Origin: an uncultured Gemmatimonadales bacterium
Lineage (GTDB): Bacteria; Gemmatimonadota; Gemmatimonadetes; Longimicrobiales; RSA9
Direction of reading: 5' to 3'
NCBI GenBank assembly: GCA_963708135.1
Contig: OY970192.1
Location: 5,280,001-5,344,000, forward strand
Length of the DNA: 64,000 nucleotides
Shown here: piece by piece, positions 47,106-56,267 of the stretch
Layout: each line of letters starts with the position of its first letter
Numbering within the stretch: position 1 is the stretch's first letter
The notes under the pieces: generated by a model
What the model was told of the DNA's origin: nothing
Database searches by the model: none
Seen by the model: the letters and a program-made list of their open reading frames with translations, nothing else
Position numbers and translations under genes: made by a program

Positions 47106-48031
47106 TGGACCTCTTCGGTTCGCTGGCCGGCCGGGCCGCGGGAGAGGCGACGCTGCTGCTGCCCCGCCCCGTTTCCCGCTTCGCGCCGCCGCCGGCGGCT
47201 CTGCCGCCGGGGGGCCAGGGGCTGGAGGCGACGCCGCTCGAGGCGGCGCCGGCGCTGGGTGATGCGCGGAGGGCGGCTTCGGGGCCGGCTCGCGCGCCGG
47301 CCGCGGCGCCGCTCATGGTAACGGCCGAGCGCCCCCGGAGCCTCGAGCCCGCGCCCGGCGGCCCCGCGCCTGCGGCGGCGCGCCCGCCGGTTGACCTGGC
47401 GGCGGAGGCGGGCGGGCGGGGGGCTCCCGGCCGGCGCCGGGTGGCCGGCGAGCCGGCAGCGGGCGGGCTGGAAGCGCGGGAAGTCCCGGACCCGATCGCC
47501 GGGACCGGCGATGAGCGGGCCGGCGCCACGGCGGGGCGGAGCGCTCGTCGGGCGCGCCGGGTCGCGCCGGCGAACGCGGACGAGGCCGTGCCGGCGGCGC
47601 TGCCCCACGCCGCGCCGCCGATGGCCAGCCCGGCCCCACCCCCCGTGGCGGCTGCGGCCGCGCCGGTGCTGGAGCCAGCCGGCGCGCGGGCCGCTCCGCC
47701 GCCGCCGGCGACGCTCCAGCCGGCTGTGCAGGACCGGGCGTCTCCTCGCCGGCCCCGCGGGCCCGGGCGGGAACCCGCGCTCCCGCCGCTGCTCGCCCCG
47801 CGGCAGCCGCTACGGCCGGTGGCGGCCGTGCGGGCGCCGGCGAGCGTCGATGCGGAGCGTCGCCTGGCGCCGGCGCAGGGGGAGGAGGCGGCGCCGGTGA
47901 TCGAGATCACGATCGGGCGCGTGGAGGTGCGGGCGGTCACGGCGGCGGCGCCGAAGGCGGCGCCCGCGCCGGTGCGGCCGAGGGTCTCGCTGGAGGCGTA
48001 CCTGCGGCGGCGGCCGGGGGCGCGCGAATGA
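47105..48031 (+). CDS. Pro/Ala-rich eCIS hypothetical protein
   Basis: TGATG- and ATGA-coupled; disordered body; conserved-looking ends PRPVSRF and IEITIGRVEVRA..SLEAYLRRR. Confidence 0.65.
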   Translation: MDLFGSLAGRAAGEATLLLPRPVSRFAPPPAALPPGGQGLEATPLEAAPALGDARRAASGPARAPAAAPLMVTAERPRSLEPAPGGPAPAAARPPVDLAAEAGGRGAPGRRRVAGEPAAGGLEAREVPDPIAGTGDERAGATAGRSARRARRVAPANADEAVPAALPHAAPPMASPAPPPVAAAAAPVLEPAGARAAPPPPATLQPAVQDRASPRRPRGPGREPALPPLLAPRQPLRPVAAVRAPASVDAERRLAPAQGEEAAPVIEITIGRVEVRAVTAAAPKAAPAPVRPRVSLEAYLRRRPGARE

Positions 48032-49278
48032 CGTCCGCGCTGGGGCTCGGCGCGGTGACAGCGGTGCTGCGGGACCTGCTGATCAACGGCGTGATCGACC
48101 ACGACCTGGTGGCGAGCGTGGGGGACGTGACGGTGAGCGCGCTGCCGCCGGACCGGATCGACGACTCGCTGCCGGGTACGGCCAGCCAGCTGAACGTGTT
48201 CCTCTACGCGGTCACGCCGAACCCGGGGTGGCGCAACGCGGGGCTGCCGGCGCGGACGGCGAACGGGGCGCGCTCGAGCTCGGACCCGCTCGCGCTCGAC
48301 CTGCACTACCTGGTGACGGCGTTCGGCGCGGCCAACTTCCACGCGGAGATCCTGCTGGGATACGCCATGCAGCTCCTGCACGAGAACCCGGTGCTGACGC
48401 GCGAGGCGATCCGCACGGCGCTCGCGCCGCCCTCGCCCGTGCCGGTCCCGGGCGGCTCGGCGCTGCCGCCGACGCTCCAGGCGCTGGGCTCCGCGGAGCT
48501 GGCGGACCAGCTCGAGCAGATCCGCATCACGCCGGAGACCATCGGGCTGGACGAGATGTGGAAGCTGTGGTCGGGCATGCAGACGCACTACCGGCTGAGC
48601 GCCGCGTACGTGGCCACCGCGGTGCTGATCGAGCGGCGCCGCAGCTTCCGCACGGCGCCGCCGGCCATGACGCGCAACGTGGTCGTGCGCGCGGCGAAGC
48701 GGCCCGTGGTCCTGAGCATCGAGCCGCAGCTCATCGCGCCCGGCGGCACCCTCACCATCCGCGGCGAGCACCTGCGTGCGGATGACGTGCGGGCGCGCTT
48801 CGCGAGCGCGGTGGTTCCGGTCGCGGCCGCCAACGTGCGCCACGACCGCCTGAGCGTGGCCGCGCCCGCCGGGCTGCTCGCGGGGGTGAACACGGTGCAG
48901 ATCGAGCACCCCGTCGACTTCGGGACGCCGGTCGAGCCGCACACCGGGCTGACATCGAACCTCGGCGCGTTCATCATCACGCCGTCGCTCACGAGTGCTA
49001 CGCCTATCGCGGCCGTGGTCGGCACGCCGTTCACCATCTCGCTCTCGCCGGACGTCGGGCGCACCCAGCGCGTCGAGCTGGTGCTCGGCGAGCGCACCGT
49101 CGCGATCCCCGCCCGGCCGCCGACCGATCCGCCGACCTCGCCGACGCTCGACATCACGCTGCCCCCCGGCACGCCGCCCGCCACGACGCTCTTCCGCGTG
49201 CGCATCGACGGCGCGGAGACGCCGCTCCAGCAGGACATCACGGGGCAGTTCACCGGCCCGCTGATCACGGTGTCATGA
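48028..49278 (+). CDS. DUF4255 / Pvc16 (Afp16)-like cap protein with Ig-like C-terminal domains
   Basis: AVTAVLRDLL, LNVFLY.V..N..WRN, LDLHYLVTA and YRLSAAY. Confidence 0.85.
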   Translation: MTSALGLGAVTAVLRDLLINGVIDHDLVASVGDVTVSALPPDRIDDSLPGTASQLNVFLYAVTPNPGWRNAGLPARTANGARSSSDPLALDLHYLVTAFGAANFHAEILLGYAMQLLHENPVLTREAIRTALAPPSPVPVPGGSALPPTLQALGSAELADQLEQIRITPETIGLDEMWKLWSGMQTHYRLSAAYVATAVLIERRRSFRTAPPAMTRNVVVRAAKRPVVLSIEPQLIAPGGTLTIRGEHLRADDVRARFASAVVPVAAANVRHDRLSVAAPAGLLAGVNTVQIEHPVDFGTPVEPHTGLTSNLGAFIITPSLTSATPIAAVVGTPFTISLSPDVGRTQRVELVLGERTVAIPARPPTDPPTSPTLDITLPPGTPPATTLFRVRIDGAETPLQQDITGQFTGPLITVS

Positions 49279-51233
49279 ATACGACCGCGGACTGGCTCGA
49301 GGGCAACCGCCGGCAGCTCCTGACCGAGCTGGCGCGCGTGCGCGCCGCGCTCGAGCGCCACGTCGGCGAGGCCGGCGGGGGGGGCGCAGCCCCGAGGGAC
49401 GCCGCCAGCAGCGGGCCGTTCGATCATGCCGCCGCCGAGGTGGACGCCAGCTTCGCGCTCGAGCTGCTGGCGCAGCGCTTCGGGCTGTCGCCGTTCGAGC
49501 GGGACGTGCTGCTGCTGGCGGCCGGTCCCGAGCTTGACGCGCGCTTCCACGGGCTGCTCGCCGCGACCAGCGAGGGCGCCGCCCACCCGACTTTCTCCCT
49601 CGCCCTCGCCGCGCTGACCGGCGCGCACTGGAGCGCCTGCACGCCGGCGGGGCCACTGCGCCGCTGGCGCCTGGTCGAGCTCGGCGCCGGCGACACGCTC
49701 ATGACCTCGCCGCTGCACATCGACGAGCGCGTGCTGCACTACCTGGTCGGCACGCCGCACCCGGACGAGCGGCTGCGCGGCGCGCTCGAGCCCCTGGCGC
49801 CGGGCGAGCCGGTGCCGGCCGCGCGCAGCACGCTCGCGGCGGAGCTGGCGGAGCGGTGGTGGCGCCCGGCGGACGGCGGCCGCGGCGATGTGCTGGTGCT
49901 GCACGGCGGCGAGCGGGGGCTGCGTCGCCTGCTGGCGACGGCCGTGGCGGCCATTATCGGGATCCAGCTGTTGCGCACGCGCGCGGAGTCGATCCCTTCG
50001 GCGCCGGACGAGCGCGTGGACTGGTTCCGGCTGCTCGAACGCGAGTGCGTGCTGAGCGATGCGGCGGCGCTGATCGAGGAAGGGGAGGGGGCGGCGGACG
50101 GCGCGGCCGAGCGGGCGCTGACGCACGCCATCGAGACGCTCGGCGTGCCGCTGATCGTGAGCGGCGAGCACCCGCCGGTCGTGCCGGGGCGCGGAATGAT
50201 CGTGGCGGAGGTGGCGCCGCTCTCGTATCCGGAGCTGCGCGAAGCGTGGACGGCCGCGCTCGGGGAGGACGGCGCGCTCTTGAACGGTACGCTGGAGCGC
50301 GTGGCGGGGCAGTTCCGCATGGGGTTGGACGCCATCGCGGCGGTCGGCGCGGCGGTGCGACGGGGGCCGCCGCAGGCGGAGGGGCAGCTCTGGGGGCTGT
50401 GCCGCGCGTTCGCGCGCCCGCGCCTGGACGGGCTGGCCCGGCGCATCGGGGCGGCGGCGACGTGGGCGGACCTCGTGCTGCCGGCCCAGCAGCTCGATGT
50501 GCTGCGCGCCATCGCGCTGCACGTGCGCCACCGCGTGACGGTGCACCAGCACTGGGGCTTCGCCGACTCGAGCGGCCGCGGCCAGGGCATCACCGCGCTG
50601 TTCTCGGGGCCGAGCGGCACGGGGAAGACCATGGCGGCCGAGGTGCTCGCGAACGAGCTCCAGCTCGACCTCTACCGCATCGACCTGAGCCAGGTCGTCA
50701 GCAAGTACATCGGTGAGACCGAGAAGAACCTGCGGCGCGTGTTCGACGCGGCGGAGGGCGGCGCGGCGATCCTGCTCTTCGACGAGGCCGACGCGCTGTT
50801 CGGCAAGCGCAGCGACGTGAAGGACAGCCACGACCGCTACGCGAACATCGAGGTCGGCTACCTGCTCCAGCGCATGGAGGCGTACCAAGGCCTGGCGATC
50901 CTGACCACGAACCACGCCGCCGCCATCGACAGCGCCTTCCTGCGACGGCTCCGCTTCGGCGTGACCTTCCCCTTCCCCGACACCGGCGCCCGGGCCGAGA
51001 TCTGGCGCCGTGCCTTCCCCGCCGCCGCCCCGACCGACGGCATCGACCCGGCGAGGCTCGCCCGCCTCAGCGTGGCCGGCGGCAACATCCGCAGCATCGC
51101 GCTGCACGCCGCCTTCTTCGCCGCGGCCGCCGGCGAGCCCGTCCGCATGCCGCACCTGCTGCGCGCGGCGAGGCTCGAGTACGCGAAGCTGGAGCGGCCG
51201 CTGACCGACAGCGAGATCGGAGGGTGGACGTGA
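49275..51233 (+). CDS. eCIS AAA+ ATPase (Afp15/Pvc15-like)
   Basis: GPSGTGKT, IDLSQVVSKYIGETEKNL, LLFDEADALFGKRS and DRYANIEV.YLLQRME. Confidence 0.92.
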   Translation: MNTTADWLEGNRRQLLTELARVRAALERHVGEAGGGGAAPRDAASSGPFDHAAAEVDASFALELLAQRFGLSPFERDVLLLAAGPELDARFHGLLAATSEGAAHPTFSLALAALTGAHWSACTPAGPLRRWRLVELGAGDTLMTSPLHIDERVLHYLVGTPHPDERLRGALEPLAPGEPVPAARSTLAAELAERWWRPADGGRGDVLVLHGGERGLRRLLATAVAAIIGIQLLRTRAESIPSAPDERVDWFRLLERECVLSDAAALIEEGEGAADGAAERALTHAIETLGVPLIVSGEHPPVVPGRGMIVAEVAPLSYPELREAWTAALGEDGALLNGTLERVAGQFRMGLDAIAAVGAAVRRGPPQAEGQLWGLCRAFARPRLDGLARRIGAAATWADLVLPAQQLDVLRAIALHVRHRVTVHQHWGFADSSGRGQGITALFSGPSGTGKTMAAEVLANELQLDLYRIDLSQVVSKYIGETEKNLRRVFDAAEGGAAILLFDEADALFGKRSDVKDSHDRYANIEVGYLLQRMEAYQGLAILTTNHAAAIDSAFLRRLRFGVTFPFPDTGARAEIWRRAFPAAAPTDGIDPARLARLSVAGGNIRSIALHAAFFAAAAGEPVRMPHLLRAARLEYAKLERPLTDSEIGGWT

Positions 51234-51496
51234 GCGGCCCGGCGCGCCTGCGCGTACACATCGGCACGCTGGTGGTCGAGGGCGTGGGCGGGCTCTCGCG
51301 CGAGGCGCTCGCCGATGCGCTGCGCCGCGAGCTCGGCCAGCGCCTCGCCGGGGACGGGGCCGCGGCACGGATCTTGGCGCCGGGGCACCGGGAGCGCGTC
51401 GACGGCGGCTCGTTCGAGCTGCGGCCTGGCGCCGGCAGCCGCGCCGTTGGCCGGCACATCGCGGCCGCGGTCGAGCGCGGGCTGGGTGCGCCGTGA
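51230..51496 (+). CDS. Small eCIS hypothetical protein
   Basis: GTGA-coupled; LRVHIGTLVVEG...ALRREL...VGRHIAAAV. Confidence 0.6.
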   Translation: MSGPARLRVHIGTLVVEGVGGLSREALADALRRELGQRLAGDGAAARILAPGHRERVDGGSFELRPGAGSRAVGRHIAAAVERGLGAP

Positions 51497-52197
51497 TGGC
51501 GCTCCGGCTCCGCGATGGGGGCGTGTTGCAGCGCGCGCCGGTCAGGTCCGCGCGGCCGCCGCTGCCCGCACCGCCGGCGCGCTCGCCGCTGGCGCCGCGC
51601 GGCGGCGGGCGCCACGGCATCGGCGAGATGGACCTCGTTGCGCGGGTCGGCGCGGCGCAGTTGGACGGTGCCGCTGCCGCGGTCGAGCTCCTCGGCCAGG
51701 TCGGGCCGCAGGGCGGCGGCGGAGAGCGGCAGCCGACGCAGGTCCCGCCGCAGCAGACGCCCACGACCACGCAGACGCTCTCGCCGTACCGCGTTTTCTT
51801 CTCGATCGCGCAGGTCTCGAACCCCGCCTGCCGGGTGCCGTCGGGGAGCAACGGCGCGGCGAAGGTGGCGAAGTACCGGGTGGTCGGGCCGACCGGCCCC
51901 GCCAGCCGTGTGACCGTGGGCGAGCAGTTCACGGCGCTCGAGGACCCGTACTCCGTGTTCGGAGCGCTGCACCCGAACTCCTACACGACCGATGCGACGG
52001 GTGCGTTCGACGACTGCTACAGCGTGGCCACGCGCCAGACGCTGCCCTCCGACTTCCGGCTGAAGGTCGAGCAGAACCATCTGATCGGCGGCCAGGTCGC
52101 GAGCAAGCAGCACATCACGTTCACGCCGGGCAACGTGTTCATCTGCGTGTTCGACCGTAGGGGCAACGCGTTCGCCTCGCACTGCCGGCGGTACTGA
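51493..52197 (+). CDS. Putative eCIS cargo protein 1 (unknown Cys-containing beta domain)
   Basis: Lies between the ATPase and baseplate genes; disordered N-terminus with VLQR; folded-looking C-terminal ~140 aa. Confidence 0.55.
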   Translation: MMALRLRDGGVLQRAPVRSARPPLPAPPARSPLAPRGGGRHGIGEMDLVARVGAAQLDGAAAAVELLGQVGPQGGGGERQPTQVPPQQTPTTTQTLSPYRVFFSIAQVSNPACRVPSGSNGAAKVAKYRVVGPTGPASRVTVGEQFTALEDPYSVFGALHPNSYTTDATGAFDDCYSVATRQTLPSDFRLKVEQNHLIGGQVASKQHITFTPGNVFICVFDRRGNAFASHCRRY

Positions 52198-52198
52198 G

Positions 52199-52972
52199 AT
52201 GTGGACCGGCGCCGGAACCAGGATGCACGCCCAACGCGTGGACGGCGACGCCGGCTGGCTGTTGCGCAGACGGCACGGCGGGGGAGCGCCCGGGCGAAAG
52301 TCCACGTTCCGCGCGGAGGGGCGGGCCCCACGGCCCGCCCTCGGCGCCGCGATGCCGCGGTGCTCCGGTCACGCTCTCGACGCTGTCGGAATCCAGGGCG
52401 ACGCGGCTCCCGCTCGCGCCCTGGCGGGAAGCGCCGCCGGGCGGGCGGCACCGGCCGAGGAGCGCACGGCCGCACGCGACGCCGGCGGCATCGTGCTGCG
52501 TCGCCAGCTGTCGGAGATCCCGCCGCCGCCACCACCGTATCCGCACTACACGCAGATGTTCTTCGGCGCGGTGCCGGAGAAGATCGGGGAGCTTGAGATC
52601 ACGTGCGGCGACCTGCGCGAGCGCGGCTTCTGGATCTACTGGAACACGGAGACGCAGCGCGCGTTTCCGGGCGAGGTTTCGATGGGCGAGCCGGCGCCGA
52701 GGGGGTGCACGAAGCCGGCGCACATCGAGCTCGGCCCGATGCCGCGCGACCGCGGCTCGATCCTCGTGGCCGGCTGGTTCCACAACCACCCGCCTGTGCG
52801 CCCCGGCTGCGAGCAGGTCGAGGTCGGCCCGAGTCAGACGGACAAGCAGACGTCGAAGAACCTGAAGCTCCCCGGCATGGTGCAGGACTTCATGAGGCCC
52901 GGTCCGAACACCGACTGCATGCGCGCGCCGCGCGGCACGTACTTCTTCGGCCGCGAACGGCGGGAGGTCTAG
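52199..52972 (+). CDS. Putative eCIS cargo protein 2 with JAB/MPN-like (DUF4329-like) metal motif
   Basis: ERGFWI...WFHNHP...GPSQTD matches E..HxH..S..D. Start is uncertain (52199 or 52223). Confidence 0.6.
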   Translation: MWTGAGTRMHAQRVDGDAGWLLRRRHGGGAPGRKSTFRAEGRAPRPALGAAMPRCSGHALDAVGIQGDAAPARALAGSAAGRAAPAEERTAARDAGGIVLRRQLSEIPPPPPPYPHYTQMFFGAVPEKIGELEITCGDLRERGFWIYWNTETQRAFPGEVSMGEPAPRGCTKPAHIELGPMPRDRGSILVAGWFHNHPPVRPGCEQVEVGPSQTDKQTSKNLKLPGMVQDFMRPGPNTDCMRAPRGTYFFGRERREV

Positions 52973-52973
52973 C

Positions 52974-55280
52974 GTGAGCGCGCGCACGCACGCCGCCGCC
53001 CCGCCCATGCCGGCGCGCCGGGGCCCCGTCCCCGCCCCCGCCGCACGGGCGAGGACGCCGGTGCTGCGCCGCTGCCCGTGCGGCGGCAAGGCGGAGCACG
53101 GCGGCGAGTGCGCCGAGTGCCGGAGAAAGCGCCTGCAGCGCAGGGCGGCCGGCCCGGCGCCGAGCGTCGCGCCCGCGTCCGTGCACGCGGTGCTCGCCTC
53201 GCCCGGCGAGCCGCTCGCGCCGGCGTTGCGCGCCCGGCTCGAGCCCCGCCTCGGCCACGACCTCCACCGGGTGCGCGTGCACACGGACGCGCGCGCATCC
53301 CGCGCAGCCCGCGATGTGGGCGCGCTGGCGTGGACGGTCGGCAACCGCGTCGCCTTCGGCGCCGGGCAGTTCCGGCCTGGCACCCCCGGCGGCGATCGGC
53401 TGCTGCTGCACGAGCTGGCGCACACGCTCCAGGACGGCGGCGGCCCGGTGCCGCGCGAGCTGCCGGTGGGCGGCGTCGATGATGCCGCGGAGCGCGAGGC
53501 GGACCGGATCGCGGATGGCGCGGCGGCGCGGGCGGCCGCGGCTTCGCCCCGCGGGCGCGTGCTGCGCCGGCAGCTCGACCCGGTGCTCGAGGCCGAGCTG
53601 CCCGAGAGCGCGCGCCACCAGAGCATGGCGGTGCTGCCGGTCTCGGAGGGGCCGCCGCCGGTGCAGATGGACGTGATCCGCCGCTTCCAGCGCTGCCCCT
53701 GCCGGGACGTGCCGGAGGCGCGGGACGGGCTGTTCTACGACGTCGCGAAGGACCGTGTGGCCATCGCGTACCGGTACTGCGAGGGGCGCACGACGACCGA
53801 CGTGTACGCGCAGGCGGAGGGCGATCCCCAGCGGGTGCTGAGCGGCAAGCTGCCGATCACGGGCGCGCGCATCGGCGTCGAGATCAACGTGGCGCCGCAT
53901 CGCGGCCAGGGCGGCCGCATCATCCTCGAGGCGGTGGGTGAGCGGCCGGACGAGCAGACCGCGCTCGGCGCGCACGTGCTGCTCGTCTACGAGCAGGGCG
54001 GCTGGCACATCTTCGCCGATGCCGACTACCGGCGCCGGCTCGGCGACCTGAACGCCGGGCAGGTGCCCGACGACGTTGACATCTCGCTGGGCGGGCAGTG
54101 GGGGCGGGTGCGGGCGAGGATCCAGGCGACCGACCTCGCGGGGCCGCGGCCCGGCGTGCGTGTGGAGGGATGCGTTGACCTCGGCATCGGCGCCAGCCTG
54201 TGCGGCCACGGGGAGATCGGCGGAGAGTCCGGCGGCGGCGGCGGCATCGGCATCCAGGTTCCGTTCGGCGTGCCGGACCGCCCGCGCCGGGAGCCCTGCT
54301 TCCAGTGCTACTGCCCGCCGGCCAAGCCGGTCTACGAGTGCAGCCGCTACACCTTCCCGGGCTTCGAGCAGCAGCCGATCGAGGTCCAGCAGTCGCACGA
54401 GTACCGCTACTACTTCCGGCTCGACCGCGCCGACGCGCCCACGGAGGACCTCGCGCTGCGGGCGCAGTCGGACGCGAACCTGGCGGCGCTCCAGCGCGCG
54501 GTCGAGGACCGGCACGCGCGCGTCCTCGACGTCGTCGGCTACGCCTCGCCGGAGGCGACGGAGCGGCACAACGCGGACCTCTCGCAGGCGCGCGGGGAGG
54601 AGCTGCGGACCATGCTGGCGACGCGGCTCGGCAGCGGCGTCGCGGTGCCGCCGGGGCGCGGCGCCGGAGAGCTGCTGGGCAGCCGCCCCACGGCCAGCCC
54701 GTCCAGCCGACTCGGCGATGTCATCACCGAGCACGGCTTCCGCCACGCGGAGGACCTGACCTTCCTGCTCCTCGGCGATGAGATCCCCAACCGCGAGCTC
54801 AGGGCGCAGTTCCTCTCTCTCTTCCATGCGCTGCCCGACCCCACCGACCGGCTGACGCTCTTCGGCCTGACGGATGCGGACCCGATCGCCCCGCGCGTGC
54901 TCGCCGCGGTGAACCAGTTCGTCGCCTCGCGCGGCCGCGGACCCCGCCCGTGGGAGCGCATCTTCCGCCTGCTGCGCGTGGGCGTGGCCCGGCTCACGTG
55001 GACGGAGCCCGGCACCATGGAGGTGCCGGTCGGCTCGAAGCACGAGCGCGTCACCGGCGCGGAGTGCGACCGCTACGCGCGCCAGGCGGAGGACGAGCAC
55101 CGCTTCCCGCACATCGACCCGCGCGACCTGGTCCCGCACGTCTCGGCGCATGACCGCAACGACGAGTGTCGCTTCGAGCCCGACGCGGCCGACCGCCGCG
55201 ACTGCGACTACACCGTGCCGCCCACGTTGCGGCGCAACACGCCCGTGACGCCGCCCGCGCGCGCGCCGCGGCGCTTCTGA
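52974..55280 (+). CDS. DUF4157 (eCIS core domain) protein with OmpA-like domain; putative cargo 3
   Basis: GEPL...LEPRLGHDLHRVRVHTD...ALAWTVG...LLLHELAHTLQ; later VVGYASPE....NADLSQAR. Confidence 0.8.
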   Translation: MSARTHAAAPPMPARRGPVPAPAARARTPVLRRCPCGGKAEHGGECAECRRKRLQRRAAGPAPSVAPASVHAVLASPGEPLAPALRARLEPRLGHDLHRVRVHTDARASRAARDVGALAWTVGNRVAFGAGQFRPGTPGGDRLLLHELAHTLQDGGGPVPRELPVGGVDDAAEREADRIADGAAARAAAASPRGRVLRRQLDPVLEAELPESARHQSMAVLPVSEGPPPVQMDVIRRFQRCPCRDVPEARDGLFYDVAKDRVAIAYRYCEGRTTTDVYAQAEGDPQRVLSGKLPITGARIGVEINVAPHRGQGGRIILEAVGERPDEQTALGAHVLLVYEQGGWHIFADADYRRRLGDLNAGQVPDDVDISLGGQWGRVRARIQATDLAGPRPGVRVEGCVDLGIGASLCGHGEIGGESGGGGGIGIQVPFGVPDRPRREPCFQCYCPPAKPVYECSRYTFPGFEQQPIEVQQSHEYRYYFRLDRADAPTEDLALRAQSDANLAALQRAVEDRHARVLDVVGYASPEATERHNADLSQARGEELRTMLATRLGSGVAVPPGRGAGELLGSRPTASPSSRLGDVITEHGFRHAEDLTFLLLGDEIPNRELRAQFLSLFHALPDPTDRLTLFGLTDADPIAPRVLAAVNQFVASRGRGPRPWERIFRLLRVGVARLTWTEPGTMEVPVGSKHERVTGAECDRYARQAEDEHRFPHIDPRDLVPHVSAHDRNDECRFEPDAADRRDCDYTVPPTLRRNTPVTPPARAPRRF

Positions 55281-55295
55281 GGAGAGGCCCACGCG

Positions 55296-55958
55296 ATGAC
55301 CAGCTTCCCGCGATCGCCGCGCGTGCAGAAGGGCGCGCTCATCGGCCTCGACCCGTTCAATCCGGTCGCCAGCGTGATCGTCTTCCAGTACAACCCGGAG
55401 ACCATGACGCGCACGCTGTCGGCACGCGCCACGGCGGGCGAGGGCGACGCGAGCGAGGCGCTGCGGCTGAAGGGCCCGCCGGAGGAGACCATCGACCTGA
55501 GCGTCGAGATCGATGCCACGGACCAGCTCGAGCAGGCGCAGTTCCCGGCCACGACGTTCGGCGTCTCGCCGACGCTCGCATCGCTCGAGATGCTGCTCTA
55601 CCCGAAGTCGGCGCTGGTCATCGCGAACGCGGTGCTCACGGCCGCGGGCATCATCGAGGTCATCCCGCCCGAGGCGCCGCTCACGGTGCTGGTGTGGGGC
55701 CCCTCGCGCATCCTGCCGGTGCGCGTGACCCGCCTCACCATCGCGGAGGAAGCGTACGACCCGAATCTGAACCCGATCCGCGCGAAGGTCGACCTCGGGC
55801 TGAAGGTGCTCTCCTACTATGACCTCGGCCTGCTCAGCGCGGGCGGCGCGCTGTTCATGGCGCACCAGGTCATCAAGGAGGTCATGGCGACCATCGGCGG
55901 CGCGGCCGCCATCGGCGCGAGCCTGTCCGTCTCGGGCAGCGTGAGCGCGGGGAGCTGA
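55296..55958 (+). CDS. CIS tube-initiator-like protein (Afp7 N-part-like)
   Basis: IVFQYNPETMTR, LVWG and EEAYDPNLNPIRAKV. Confidence 0.75.
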   Translation: MTSFPRSPRVQKGALIGLDPFNPVASVIVFQYNPETMTRTLSARATAGEGDASEALRLKGPPEETIDLSVEIDATDQLEQAQFPATTFGVSPTLASLEMLLYPKSALVIANAVLTAAGIIEVIPPEAPLTVLVWGPSRILPVRVTRLTIAEEAYDPNLNPIRAKVDLGLKVLSYYDLGLLSAGGALFMAHQVIKEVMATIGGAAAIGASLSVSGSVSAGS

Positions 55959-55962
55959 GGCG

Positions 55963-56265
55963 ATGACGGATCCGGCGAGCCGCTACAACGGCATCGAGGA
56001 GGCGGAGCTGACGCTCCCCGACGGTGAGGGCGGGACGCGCCCCGTGCGTTACCTGCGGCGTCGCTTCCTGCCGCAGCCGGACCAGCTCGTCACGGCGGTC
56101 GAGCACCGCGTCGTGCAGGGCGACCGGCTCGACAATCTGAGCACGCGCTACCTCGGCGACCCGCTCGCCTGGTGGCGCGTGGCCGACGCCAACCTCGAGC
56201 TCCAGCCCGAGGCGCTCACCGACACGGCCGGCCGGCGCATCCGCGTCGCGCTGCCGCAGATCTGA
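55963..56265 (+). CDS. LysM-domain baseplate protein
   Basis: SRY...YLRRRF...HRVVQGDRLDNLSTRYLGDPLAWWRVADAN. Confidence 0.85.
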   Translation: MTDPASRYNGIEEAELTLPDGEGGTRPVRYLRRRFLPQPDQLVTAVEHRVVQGDRLDNLSTRYLGDPLAWWRVADANLELQPEALTDTAGRRIRVALPQI

Positions 56266-56267
56266 CC

